In this document: positions 36,933 through 47,222 of the stretch, one piece after another
Position numbering within the stretch: position 1 is the stretch's first letter
Layout of the letters: each line of letters starts with the position of its first letter
Assembly: GCA_024275415.1 (NCBI GenBank)
Contig: JAJRZD010000043.1
Location: 10,981 to 74,980 of the forward strand
DNA from: an archaeon
Lineage (GTDB): Archaea > Asgardarchaeota > Thorarchaeia > Thorarchaeales > Thorarchaeaceae
Direction: 5' to 3'
DNA: 64,000 bases
The notes under the pieces: model-generated
Seen by the model: only the letters and a program-made list of their open reading frames with translations
Databases searched by the model: none
What the model was told of the DNA's origin: nothing
Program-made: the position numbers and the translations under genes

Positions 36933-38795
36933 ATGACCCGCGAATCGGTCGGGTTCAGAACCAAGTACATTCTCGCCATAGTGGCAGCGATTACGCTGGT
37001 CATAGGACTGATTGTGCAGACATTGGGATTTCATCCAATTGTCTACTACAGCTTCTTTCTAATCAGCATATTCTCAGCCGGTAGATGGATAATTCCCAAC
37101 GGGATTCGCAGTATCGCAAAAGCGCACCTAGGGATTAGCTTCCTGATGACAGTGGCTGCAGTGGGTGCGTTGCTTATCGGTGAACCAGCAGAAGGGGCAG
37201 CAGTGATGTTCCTCTTCTATGTCGCCGAGCTCCTTGAATCAAAGGCAGGAGAAAAAGTGAGAGTTGAGATCGAAAGCTTGCTTGAACTTGAACCAGACAC
37301 GGTCACAATAGTAGAGGATGGAAATGAATACTGCACCGCTCCGGATCATGTCAAAGCTGGACAGCTTTTTTCGGTCAAACCAGGGGAGCGGATTGGGCTG
37401 GATGGGATAGTGGCACAAGGACGGTCAACAGTGAATCAGGCACCGATAACAGGCGAATCGCTTCCTGTGGACAAGGATGTAGGTGATGAGGTGTTTGCTG
37501 GAACGATCAACATAGATGGCTATCTTGTTGTCGAGGTCACGCGGGAATCCAAGGACTCTGTGCTCTCGCGGATAGTCAAGCTCGTACAAGACGCCAGAAA
37601 TTCCAAATCTCCAACAGAACGATTCGTTTCAAGGTTTTCACATGTTTACACTCCGATTGTCATTCTTGGGTCAATATTGATGGCTCTTTTCACATTCGTC
37701 TTAGTAGGATCTGTCCAGTACGCGATATACCGGGGACTCACGCTTCTTGTCATCTCGTGTCCATGCGCATTTGCAATCTCTATTCCTGTTAGCATGGTGT
37801 CATCCATCGTGGGTTCAGCCAGAGATGGTGTCCTTGTCAAGGGATCGGATCATCTAGAGAACCTCAGCAAAGTGAAGACTGTCGCGTTGGACAAGACAGG
37901 CACCTTGACGCAAGGAGACCTGTCATTGCTGGACATATGCCTCCATAATGGGGCGTCGCGACAAGATGTGCTAAGTGCTGCCATAGCATTGGAAAACATG
38001 TCAGAACATCCAATTGCTCAAGCCATCTTGAGAGCAGGAAACACAGAAGGTATAGAAACAAGTCAGGCAGAAGAGTTCATCGCAATCCCCGGCCGCGGTG
38101 TGAAAGGTGTCGTAGACAATGAAACATATCTCGTGGGAAACCAGAAGTTACTGGTCGCAGAACAAATCGAGCTTCCAGATCGTAGCCATGAATGTGGCAT
38201 TGGCACGATGGTCTATGTTGTACGAGAGAAGACACATCTTGGGACAGTGATCCTTGGTGACTCGGTCAGACCTACGACAAAGGAAGCAATCAGCGACTTG
38301 AAGAATTCAGGCATCTACACCGTGATGCTGACTGGTGATAGCAATGACATTGCTCAGGAAACTGCAAAAGCGCTGGGCGTCGATGAGGTATATGCTGAGT
38401 TGCTACCACAAGAGAAAGTGGAGAAGATAAGGGAGTTGACAGCCAGAGGCACCACTGTCATGGTGGGTGATGGCATCAATGATACGCCGGCTCTTGCCGC
38501 CGCAGACATTGGGATTGCCATGGGCGTGATATCAAGTGATGCTGCTATCGAAACTGCTGATATCGCTCTTATGGAGGAAGATCTAAGGAAGATACCTAAA
38601 TTGATTCGCAGGGCAAAGAGAACGATGAGGATAGTAAAAGAGAATGTCATTCTCTCGATATCGCTCAAACTTTTCATCGGGTTCCTTGCAATCATAGGTG
38701 TGGCCACCCTGTGGACGGCAATTCTCTTTGGTGACATGGGACTGACTCTCGTCGTCATAGCCAATGCGCTGAGGCTTACGAGAAAGCGCTCATGA
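36933..38795 (+). CDS. P1B-type heavy-metal translocating ATPase (Cd/Zn/Co/Pb-type).
   Basis: CPC motif (SCPCAFAIS), DKTGTLT phosphorylation site, GDGINDTPAL. The listed ORF starts at 36816, which adds a short CSHCEAE segment overlapping the ArsR 3' end. I took the Met at 36933 as the conservative start. Confidence 0.85.
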   Translation: MTRESVGFRTKYILAIVAAITLVIGLIVQTLGFHPIVYYSFFLISIFSAGRWIIPNGIRSIAKAHLGISFLMTVAAVGALLIGEPAEGAAVMFLFYVAELLESKAGEKVRVEIESLLELEPDTVTIVEDGNEYCTAPDHVKAGQLFSVKPGERIGLDGIVAQGRSTVNQAPITGESLPVDKDVGDEVFAGTINIDGYLVVEVTRESKDSVLSRIVKLVQDARNSKSPTERFVSRFSHVYTPIVILGSILMALFTFVLVGSVQYAIYRGLTLLVISCPCAFAISIPVSMVSSIVGSARDGVLVKGSDHLENLSKVKTVALDKTGTLTQGDLSLLDICLHNGASRQDVLSAAIALENMSEHPIAQAILRAGNTEGIETSQAEEFIAIPGRGVKGVVDNETYLVGNQKLLVAEQIELPDRSHECGIGTMVYVVREKTHLGTVILGDSVRPTTKEAISDLKNSGIYTVMLTGDSNDIAQETAKALGVDEVYAELLPQEKVEKIRELTARGTTVMVGDGINDTPALAAADIGIAMGVISSDAAIETADIALMEEDLRKIPKLIRRAKRTMRIVKENVILSISLKLFIGFLAIIGVATLWTAILFGDMGLTLVVIANALRLTRKRS

Positions 38796-38800
38796 TAGCA

Positions 38801-40396
38801 TCACTTGAAAGACTCCATTGCGCGGGTTGATAGTGCAAGGAAGAGAATTACAAAGAACACAGTGAGCAACGGGAGGAACACTATGATTTCGAGTGATTTC
38901 CCGTATAGTAATATGAGCCACACCATCAGCCCTCCAATGGCAAGATTGATTGTCGGAAAGGAGAACGCAAGCGGGACAGGGGGATTCTTCGGGTCGTTTG
39001 TGAAGACCGGCACATACGCTCCGACCATGATCCCTGTCGCAGAAAACACTAGAAGCATTGGAGCAGCAAGGAATATCAGATAGGCAGCACCAGGGATTCG
39101 CATGAAGTAAAGGATGAGAAGGAAAAGAGGTAACGAGGTGAGGGACACTTCTACGACAGCGAATAGATACTTTGCCAGTATGATATCTCTCGACCGAAAC
39201 GGACTGGATCTTAGAAGATAGATGTTGTCTTTCTCATCAACAAACGCAAGCAGTGATGGAAGCACTGTCATCTGGGTGAACAGGACAATCACGAGCATGA
39301 AAGCCTGAGTCAAGGAAGCTGCAAATTCTGAGGGAATCGGAATGGGTGTCATCCATAGAGGCTGGACTAGAAGGAGATAGATGCCAAACGCTACTCCAAA
39401 GACCACATACACATACTTCCAGAATTGTACCGGCGTGCGCATCTTGCTCCAGAAGTCCTTGAGAATGATCCACATCATGGGGTCTTTGAAACGTGTCTTG
39501 GAGAAATCTACTTGTCCTCGAATCCGTTGGCTGATGCCACCTGTTGCTTCCACTTCTTCGTTCCGGCCTTTGGCGAACACCTCATAGATATCATAATCTA
39601 CGACAATCGTGAGAGCAAGGAACCCTATGAAGAAAGCGATGAAAATGACTACAAGCAACGCAGCGATAGGAGCTCCGATTGAATGCACTCCAAAGCTCTC
39701 CATTATGATGATACTAACCATGTTGCTTGGATACCCAAACTGGAAAATTGGGTTGCTTGAATACTCTGGCATTGCTGGTACATAAAGAACCGCTGCAATC
39801 GGGAGAAGTATGAGATGTGCTGCACGCGACTTCCAGACTGCGTGTACCTTGGTTCTAAGGATACTGCAGAAGCCCCCTACGAAATAGTTGAATTCGAGGA
39901 AGAAGATCAACGCAACTATCGTGATCATCAATGACAACGCAAATAGATGAGCGCTCTGCAATAGAGGGGATATGACGATAACCCCGATGATGATGTACAT
40001 CATCTTGCGCACAATCCTCCTCAAATAGCGGGCCAGAAACAATTGATGTGGTCGAACTGGGGCTGTCATCATGATGTGCTCGTCTGAGGATTCTAGGACT
40101 TGCGAGGGACCAAGCCCAAAATATCCACCTAATGCAGAGGCAACTGTCAGGAGCCCCACTACCGAGAAGATGGCTGATTTCTCGATATTGTCCTCGATGT
40201 ATTGGATCATGGGAGAGAAGTATGGTGCCAAATCGAGAAATGAAGAAACGACAGATGCAACGATGAAGGAACCGCCTAATGTGATGCCATAGAATACCAG
40301 CATTGATGGGGCTCGGAGCGTCCGTATAAATTGGTTGAACATCATCCGGAGTTCCATTCTGACTAGGAATGGAGTTTTGATGTCGCTCATGTGCAT
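38801..40396 (-). CDS. Large polytopic membrane protein, putative ABC exporter permease component.
   Basis: 531 aa with more than 10 TM helices. It is translationally adjacent (1-nt gap) to the ABC ATPase gene. Confidence 0.5.
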   Translation of the reverse strand: MHMSDIKTPFLVRMELRMMFNQFIRTLRAPSMLVFYGITLGGSFIVASVVSSFLDLAPYFSPMIQYIEDNIEKSAIFSVVGLLTVASALGGYFGLGPSQVLESSDEHIMMTAPVRPHQLFLARYLRRIVRKMMYIIIGVIVISPLLQSAHLFALSLMITIVALIFFLEFNYFVGGFCSILRTKVHAVWKSRAAHLILLPIAAVLYVPAMPEYSSNPIFQFGYPSNMVSIIIMESFGVHSIGAPIAALLVVIFIAFFIGFLALTIVVDYDIYEVFAKGRNEEVEATGGISQRIRGQVDFSKTRFKDPMMWIILKDFWSKMRTPVQFWKYVYVVFGVAFGIYLLLVQPLWMTPIPIPSEFAASLTQAFMLVIVLFTQMTVLPSLLAFVDEKDNIYLLRSSPFRSRDIILAKYLFAVVEVSLTSLPLFLLILYFMRIPGAAYLIFLAAPMLLVFSATGIMVGAYVPVFTNDPKNPPVPLAFSFPTINLAIGGLMVWLILLYGKSLEIIVFLPLLTVFFVILFLALSTRAMESFK

Positions 40397-41320
40397 TCAC
40401 ACCTCTGGAATCCCACCGGTCAGCATCAAGAAAATCTCCTCCAATGATGTGGCTCCTGGATTCGATTCGCGCAGCTGTTCTATGGTCCCAGTCCCAACAA
40501 CCTTACCGTGGTTCATAATCACGAAACGATCGCACAATGCCTCGGCCACCTCAAGGATATGCGTAGAGATGAGGATTGCAGACCCGTCATCTCTGAGTTC
40601 CCGCAAGAGTGACTTTAGAGACCATGCTCCACGAGGGTCTAATCCATAGATGGGTTCGTCGAGTGCTAAGATGAACGGCGGCTCTCGGACAAAAATGCCT
40701 GCGAGAAGAGTTCGCTGGAGGTTGCCTTTTGACAGAGTGCCAATATAGGAATTCAAGAACTCGTCCAGCTGGAACCGAGATACGAATTCCCGGATTCGGA
40801 GGAGGGCGTTGATTCGAGGAACGTCATATATGCGAGCGACGAATGTCAGGTATTCAATGACCCGTAGACTTGGGTAACAGGTCGGACGTTCGGGGATATA
40901 TCCAATTCTTCTCTTTGCCTCAACAGGTTCTTTCCGTATGTCGTATCCGTTTACAGTGACTTGGCCGTTCGTTGGTTTTATGATACCCGTTAGCACTCGT
41001 AAGGTGGTAGATTTGCCAGCACCATTTGGGCCAACCAGACCAACAATCTCACCCGGATGAACCTCAAGATCAAGATTTGCAACAGCTACCTTGGAGCCAA
41101 ACTCCTTGTGAAGATTGCTTATTTTCAAAGCTGGGATGTCAAGCTTCTGGACGGGCTTGCCCTTCTCCGTTTGCCAATGTAACTTTAGAGCCTGTACGAG
41201 GTCGTTTTCGATTTTTGCCCTGCTCACATGTCGATAAGTAAGTGGGACTCCCAGTGCTTCTGCTAGCCTTATCAATTCAGGCCCCGTCATCTGATGGATT
41301 AATTCCAGTTCATCTTGCAT
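40397..41320 (-). CDS. ABC transporter ATP-binding protein with an N-terminal extension of about 75 aa that resembles a HeH/Rho_N-like motif.
   Basis: Walker A GPNGAGKSTT, signature LSKGNLQRT, Walker B ILALDEP. The N-terminal segment is MTGPELIRLAEALGVPLT. Confidence 0.85.
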   Translation of the reverse strand: MQDELELIHQMTGPELIRLAEALGVPLTYRHVSRAKIENDLVQALKLHWQTEKGKPVQKLDIPALKISNLHKEFGSKVAVANLDLEVHPGEIVGLVGPNGAGKSTTLRVLTGIIKPTNGQVTVNGYDIRKEPVEAKRRIGYIPERPTCYPSLRVIEYLTFVARIYDVPRINALLRIREFVSRFQLDEFLNSYIGTLSKGNLQRTLLAGIFVREPPFILALDEPIYGLDPRGAWSLKSLLRELRDDGSAILISTHILEVAEALCDRFVIMNHGKVVGTGTIEQLRESNPGATSLEEIFLMLTGGIPEV

Positions 41321-41367
41321 CTTTCATAAACCCCCAGTAGCACTATTCAAGGGATACCTGTGAATCA

Positions 41368-42477
41368 TCAATGGACATCACTCTCATCCGTCTGTTCATC
41401 GAACTCGAATCTTGGTGTTTTGTTCCCCCACTTCCTGAAGAAGGACATTACCATATACCTGAAAGGAACCGTTACATGCCGAGAAGGTTCGATATATACC
41501 CCCGTAACGTTTGGCTCCGCCTTTATCTTTTTGCTTCGCCGAATGACAACGATACATGCTATTTGAAGAATGGGTACAAAAAGGAAAATGTACCCGGTCC
41601 AATAGAAAACTGCCAGTGCTAAGGTCGCGAATGTTAGAAACAGTAGAGGAATCAAGGAAACAAGGCCAAGTGTGACGACAAAAGATTTTCTGTATCGTTC
41701 TTGCACATAAAGAAACGACGCTAGAACAAAAAGAAAGCTCCATACTGAGGTCGTTAGCATAAGAGGAAGAAACCGAATCCCACCTATTGTGAACATGAAG
41801 GATTCTGAAGATATGAGCGACGCCGGACTGTACTGGAACGAGTAAAAAGCAGCCAATGCCGAGATTCTGATATGACTATCAATCTGTACGACGGATGGAA
41901 ACACAAACAAGGCAAGCAGAAGACGTCCACTTGTTATCGAGAAGAGTGTATTCTTTTTCTGAGAAAATGACTCAGATGCCATCGATATTGTGGGGGTGTT
42001 GAAATCAGCCTCTATCTTAAGAAGGGGGATGAGAATCTGCGTGACTGATAGAAGCATTGCGAACGATGGCATGAAGGGAAAGTTTTCCACAGCGAACATA
42101 CCAGTATCGATCTGACCGGCCGTCGTGAGTTCGGAAGGCATGAGAACTGATGTTAAAGCCAATGTCAATCCAATCAGTATAACACCTTCTAAGAACAGCG
42201 ATTCCCCCTCTGTTCGTATGACCACTCTATATGTGAAATACGCACTCGGAATGATGATCATCATCATGTTCACTAAGGCAATTGGAGAGAACGAATTCAG
42301 AAACACATAAGGCCGAACCGCAGTGAAGATTGCATAGAATATGCTTAAGACTTCAATACTGCCGTCAGGGGTACGTCCAAACCTATACGGCATTATAACA
42401 AGGAAAAAAGTCAATAAAAGAAATCTACCCCAGCGAGATTTTATGACCATCTGCTTCACATCAACACCTCCACACAA
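41368..42477 (-). CDS. Polytopic membrane protein, possibly a second permease of the same ABC system.
   Basis: 369 aa with multiple TM helices, immediately upstream of the ATPase on the same strand. Confidence 0.4.
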   Translation of the reverse strand: MCGGVDVKQMVIKSRWGRFLLLTFFLVIMPYRFGRTPDGSIEVLSIFYAIFTAVRPYVFLNSFSPIALVNMMMIIIPSAYFTYRVVIRTEGESLFLEGVILIGLTLALTSVLMPSELTTAGQIDTGMFAVENFPFMPSFAMLLSVTQILIPLLKIEADFNTPTISMASESFSQKKNTLFSITSGRLLLALFVFPSVVQIDSHIRISALAAFYSFQYSPASLISSESFMFTIGGIRFLPLMLTTSVWSFLFVLASFLYVQERYRKSFVVTLGLVSLIPLLFLTFATLALAVFYWTGYIFLFVPILQIACIVVIRRSKKIKAEPNVTGVYIEPSRHVTVPFRYMVMSFFRKWGNKTPRFEFDEQTDESDVH

Positions 42478-42796
42478 TTTGAATATGGCTCTACTAGAAC
42501 GCTGAAAAAGGTGATGTATTGCGTAGTAGAGTTCCTATCAGCTGCGCAAAACATTGACAATTCTGGACAATTTCGTGTATTTGGTCATATAGATTCGCCA
42601 AGATATACTTCTTGAGCCTGTCTTATCATAATCGGGGCTTCACGGCGTCGCTCCCTGAAAGCACAGCAATCCGGTATCCAAGTCCTTACAACTTTCATAT
42701 ACAGTTGCGCATATTCTTATATACCATTCACATAAGACTAACAGCAGTGAAATAAAGCCTCATTACGACGAGTGGTAACCAGGAGACCTCTAGTCA

Positions 42797-43732
42797 ATGA
42801 GTCTTAGTCTTCTACAAAAGCATCTTGCATACTGGATGCTGTTCAACGAGATGAAGGGAGTCACTACCAGTAGCATACTTGACCTGCTGAACAGGTACGG
42901 AGGGCTAGAGTCAGCGTTTCTGGCATACATCCGTTCCAAGGACGCCCTGCCTATCCGTGTTGTCAAGGATAGGGGTGTACAATCATGGGAGCGACTTGCA
43001 GCCCTGTACCTCCGGGCTGTGCAGACTGCTGAGAGAGATCAGGTCAGGATCCTTACAGCAATAGGGAAGGGATACCCCAAGAGGCTCATGAAGATTCCTA
43101 ACATGCCGCCAACTCTCTTTGTGAGGGGCAATGCAGACGCACTGAACGCTCAGAAGGCAGTTGCGATTGTGGGGACGAGGAAGCCGTCTGCCTACGGACG
43201 GAAGAAAGCATATCAGATCGCACATGGACTGGCAAAGTCAGGCTATGTCATCATCTCGGGCCTTGCCTTTGGCATTGACACGCAGGCACACCTAGGTGCA
43301 TTGGACGCACAGGGAACGACTGTTGCTGTTCTTGCCAGCTATGTGTGCAACATTGTGCCAAAGTCGAACCAAGATATTGCCGAGAGGATACTATCCCTCA
43401 ACGGGGCCATCGCCTCGGAGTATCCGCCCGGTACAAAGCCAACTCGTGACAAGTTTGTCTACCGGAACAGGCTAATTGCTGCACTTACAGATGCCACTAT
43501 CATCGTCGAGGGATATCTGAGAAGTGGGACAAGGCATCAGGCATCCTATTCCCGAGAACTCCACCGTCGGATATTCGTCGTGTCCCCTGACGACAGGCAA
43601 GACCCGCAGGCAGAGCTACCATTGTATCTGGAGAGAAGGGGCGCGGAGGCGATAGAGAGTGCGAATGATTTTCTGGAGGCCATGGAGTCTACAAAGGGTG
43701 ACGGGATAGAGGGGAGTAAGGTAAGGATGTGA
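42797..43732 (+). CDS. dprA: DprA/Smf-family DNA-processing protein.
   Basis: The Rossmann-like core VAIVGTRKPSAYGRK...SGLAFGIDTQAH...IASEYPPGTKP...FVYRNRLIAAL matches the DprA family. Confidence 0.75.
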   Translation: MSLSLLQKHLAYWMLFNEMKGVTTSSILDLLNRYGGLESAFLAYIRSKDALPIRVVKDRGVQSWERLAALYLRAVQTAERDQVRILTAIGKGYPKRLMKIPNMPPTLFVRGNADALNAQKAVAIVGTRKPSAYGRKKAYQIAHGLAKSGYVIISGLAFGIDTQAHLGALDAQGTTVAVLASYVCNIVPKSNQDIAERILSLNGAIASEYPPGTKPTRDKFVYRNRLIAALTDATIIVEGYLRSGTRHQASYSRELHRRIFVVSPDDRQDPQAELPLYLERRGAEAIESANDFLEAMESTKGDGIEGSKVRM

Positions 43733-43842
43733 TACCAATGAGAGTGGTCTGGGAAAGAAGAGGTACTGTCGAGTTGTTCCCGTTGTAGATCTGTGCGTGT
43801 GCTTCATTCTGGTGAATTGATCCCGCAACTTGCGATGAACGG

Positions 43843-44568
43843 TCAGCCAATGAAGAACTCCAAGTCGACGGGAACAAGACGCTCCGTTTCAAGATTCCAA
43901 TTGACCACCCTGCATGATAGGGCATAGACCTCTACACCCACACTGTGGGCATCACGAAGAGCATCACCGAACTTCGGATCCATGGGGTCATTCGGCGAGA
44001 ACAATCGTGCATCAGGTCTCTGGATGATGAAGACAACAGCGGCTCGGGATGCCAGATTTTCCGATAATGTCCGAGACAGAGAATGCATATGTCTTGCGCC
44101 ACGTACAGTGGGGGCATCTGGGAAAATAGCATGGCCGTCCTCGACCAGTGTGCATGACTTGACCTCGATGAATGCCACGCCAGACTCGCCTTCAAGCCTG
44201 AAATCGAATCGCCCCTCGTAGACACGCGGCTCTGAAACGATGGTGTCGTACTCGGCGAAGGGAGCAAACCGTTTTGCCACCAGTAGTTGTTTCATGAACC
44301 TATTTGGAAGATTAGAATCGATTGACACTCTCACGCCATCGTGTTCAACGCCAATCACATCGTATGATGTTCTCCTGTGGGAATGATCAGCCTTACGTAC
44401 GAACACCTTCTTGCCAGGATAAAGGAGTTCGTGCATCCGCCCAGGGTTAGGAATGAATGCCTCAACAACATCAGAGCCAAGTCGTATCAGTCCAAGAAAC
44501 CTGTTAGGTCTTTTGACCAGTGTTGCTACTGTGATATTTTGCTGGTTTATCAAACGGGAGCCTCCCAT
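43843..44568 (-). CDS. sfsA: SfsA-family nuclease.
   Basis: The N-terminal pattern (ATLVKRPNRFLGLIRL...) and a length of about 240 aa match SfsA. Confidence 0.75.
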   Translation of the reverse strand: MGGSRLINQQNITVATLVKRPNRFLGLIRLGSDVVEAFIPNPGRMHELLYPGKKVFVRKADHSHRRTSYDVIGVEHDGVRVSIDSNLPNRFMKQLLVAKRFAPFAEYDTIVSEPRVYEGRFDFRLEGESGVAFIEVKSCTLVEDGHAIFPDAPTVRGARHMHSLSRTLSENLASRAAVVFIIQRPDARLFSPNDPMDPKFGDALRDAHSVGVEVYALSCRVVNWNLETERLVPVDLEFFIG

Positions 44569-44648
44569 AGGACATCCTAGTTAACTTAAAAATCGAATTG
44601 CTTATTGACAATGTGGATGTTGGGACGATAGACCGTAGAGTGTGATAT

Positions 44649-47222
44649 ATGACGATTAAGGTTCTTCTTATTGATGACGACAGAGAAGGGTTGACAGTAA
44701 CCGCCAAGTCACTTGAAGCAGAGGATTCTTCCTTTGATGTGACTCCTATCGAGTCTGCAGAATCAGCACGGACGTTGCTTTCTGAAACACAGTTCGATGT
44801 GATTGTGTGCGATTATGAACTAAAGTCGGGAATGAACGGATTGGATTTCCTGAATTGGATCCGAGAAACTAATCCAAGTATCCCATTCATCATATTCACA
44901 GGAAAGAGCCGAGAAGAGGTGGCCATACGTGCACTCAATCTAGGTGCTAACGCTTACATAACCAAAGACATTGATGTGAAATATCTCTATTCAGAACTAG
45001 CATATTCCATTAGGAGCAATGTTGCGCACTATCGAGCCAAGTTGGCACTTGTAGAGAGCGATGCACGGTTCAGGGCAGCATTCGAGGACGCTGCGATTGG
45101 AATGGCTATCATTTCACTTGAACAGAAAATCATACATGTCAATTCTAAATTCTGTGAGATGCTCGGGTTAAAAATAACGGAAGTTCTCGGGACAAGGCTA
45201 GAATCTTTCATGCATCCTGACGAAATAGAACAGGTATCTATGAATGCTCAGAGCAGCTCAGATAAAGATATTACCATCCTTTCTGGAGAGTATCGATTGT
45301 TTCACAGCGAGAAGAGGTGGATATGGGTACGCACAACATCATCAATTGTGCGAAACAGATGTGGTGAACCCATACATTTCGTGAGTCAGTTCATAGATAT
45401 CACGGAAACAAAACTGGCTATCGAAGCATTACAGGATAGTGAGAAACGTTTCAGGGGAGCGTTTGAGGATGCAGCGATTGGAATGGCCCTAATCAACTTC
45501 AACTTATCCCATATCCATTGTAATCGAGCACTGACCGAGATGCTTGGATACTCGTCCGAGGAGCTAAACAAGCTCAAATTTGAAGCAATAACACATCCTG
45601 ATGATATCTATAATACTCCAACGGTTATAGATGGAAAGTTTCCCAATGGGACGACCACGATTCGATTAGAAAAAAGATACATCCACAAAGACGGTCACAT
45701 AGTCCACACATCCATCTCCTCATCGATCTTGCATGACGACGATGGAAACCCGCTGTATTTCGTGACACAGTTCCAAGACATCACAGAGCAACGGATGGCT
45801 TTAGAGGCTCTCGCATCATCTGAAAGGAAGTATAAGACGCTCGTAGAGCAGAGCCTCCAGAACTATGCCATCATTCAGGATGGTAAGTACGTGTATGTGA
45901 ACGACGCCTTTGCTAATACAATAGGTATGGCTCCCGACGAATTGATGAAACTTGATTCTGATGGAGTCTGGAAACTTGTTCATCCTGATGATGTTCTAAT
46001 ACTCAAGAAACGTGATGAACTGCTGGAGAACGAGGCAAAAGAACTTTCGAAGACCGAGTTCAGGTACGTCAGACCTGACGGTGAGATTAGATGGGTGGAG
46101 GGTCTTGTACGGGAAATCCAATACGACGGGAAACCGGCACGCCAGATAGTCGAGATTGATATTACCTCGAGAAAGCAGTATGAAGATGCACTGCGTGAGA
46201 ACCTCGAATTCCTTGACACGTTGCTCAATACCCTGCCAAATCCTGTCTTTTTCAAAGATGTTGACGGATGTTATAGACGATGCAACCCCGCGTTTGCGCT
46301 TGAGATAATGGGATTGCCTGTGGAAGAAGTTATCGGAAAGAGCACCAAAGACCTCATGATTCGCATCAAGGATATGAACATGGATGATGTCATTCAGCTC
46401 GATAAAGAGATTCTTGACGACCACACGAACCAATCTTTCGAGGTACAGATCGAGGACTCGGAAGGAGGTTATAGAACATATCTAGTCAATCGAAGCGTCT
46501 TCAAAAGCAAGGAGGATAAAGTGCTAGGCATCGTCGGGGTATTGCAGGATATTACAGACTTGAGAGAATTACAGGCAAAGCTTACACGACAAAAAGCAGA
46601 GCTGTCTGAGTTCGCCCAAGTAATGAGTCACGATATCCAAGGCTCACTTCACAATGCCCTTCTTTTCGCAGAGTTGCTGGAAGAGGAATGTAGCAAAGAG
46701 AACCTCAACGGATTAAAGGACATGCTGATGGTCGCACAAGCCATATTGAGAAGATCGTTGCAGCTAGCTGAAGCAGGTCTGGTCATAGGCGACCTTGAAC
46801 CTGTGGCGTTGAATGAACTTGTTGACGAGATTGCAGCCATGGAACTTCAAAATGAAATCGCGTTCGTTCGAGATGACCTCCCCACAATCAGATGTGACAG
46901 AGCAAAGACAACTCAAATCTTCTCAAATCTGATCCGTAATGCTGTCGAACATGGGAAACCTAGCACGATTGAAATCCGGGTTGTCATAAAAAGAACCTAT
47001 GTCTACTTGAGAATAATCAATGATGGAGAGCTCATACCAGATAACATTCGCAAGAACATCCTCAAGAAGGCATTCTCGTCAAGGAAAGGAGGTGGAGGTC
47101 TGGGGTTGATGATTGTAAAGAAACTTGTCGAGGCGCATGATTGGTCTATCGAGCTTGAGAACACAAAAAAGACAACATTTCGTATCAGGATTCCCAAGAC
47201 ATCGATCGTAGTCAAACCCTAA
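44649..47222 (+). CDS. Hybrid sensor kinase with an N-terminal REC receiver, about four PAS domains, and HisKA-like and HATPase_c domains.
   Basis: The REC segment is MTIKVLLIDDD...DVIVCDYEL...FIIFTGK. Repeated PAS motifs are present (FRAAFEDAAIGMAI, FRGAFEDAAIGMAL). H-box MSHDIQGSLHN. C-terminal GGGGLGLMIVKKLV. Confidence 0.8.
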   Translation: MTIKVLLIDDDREGLTVTAKSLEAEDSSFDVTPIESAESARTLLSETQFDVIVCDYELKSGMNGLDFLNWIRETNPSIPFIIFTGKSREEVAIRALNLGANAYITKDIDVKYLYSELAYSIRSNVAHYRAKLALVESDARFRAAFEDAAIGMAIISLEQKIIHVNSKFCEMLGLKITEVLGTRLESFMHPDEIEQVSMNAQSSSDKDITILSGEYRLFHSEKRWIWVRTTSSIVRNRCGEPIHFVSQFIDITETKLAIEALQDSEKRFRGAFEDAAIGMALINFNLSHIHCNRALTEMLGYSSEELNKLKFEAITHPDDIYNTPTVIDGKFPNGTTTIRLEKRYIHKDGHIVHTSISSSILHDDDGNPLYFVTQFQDITEQRMALEALASSERKYKTLVEQSLQNYAIIQDGKYVYVNDAFANTIGMAPDELMKLDSDGVWKLVHPDDVLILKKRDELLENEAKELSKTEFRYVRPDGEIRWVEGLVREIQYDGKPARQIVEIDITSRKQYEDALRENLEFLDTLLNTLPNPVFFKDVDGCYRRCNPAFALEIMGLPVEEVIGKSTKDLMIRIKDMNMDDVIQLDKEILDDHTNQSFEVQIEDSEGGYRTYLVNRSVFKSKEDKVLGIVGVLQDITDLRELQAKLTRQKAELSEFAQVMSHDIQGSLHNALLFAELLEEECSKENLNGLKDMLMVAQAILRRSLQLAEAGLVIGDLEPVALNELVDEIAAMELQNEIAFVRDDLPTIRCDRAKTTQIFSNLIRNAVEHGKPSTIEIRVVIKRTYVYLRIINDGELIPDNIRKNILKKAFSSRKGGGGLGLMIVKKLVEAHDWSIELENTKKTTFRIRIPKTSIVVKP

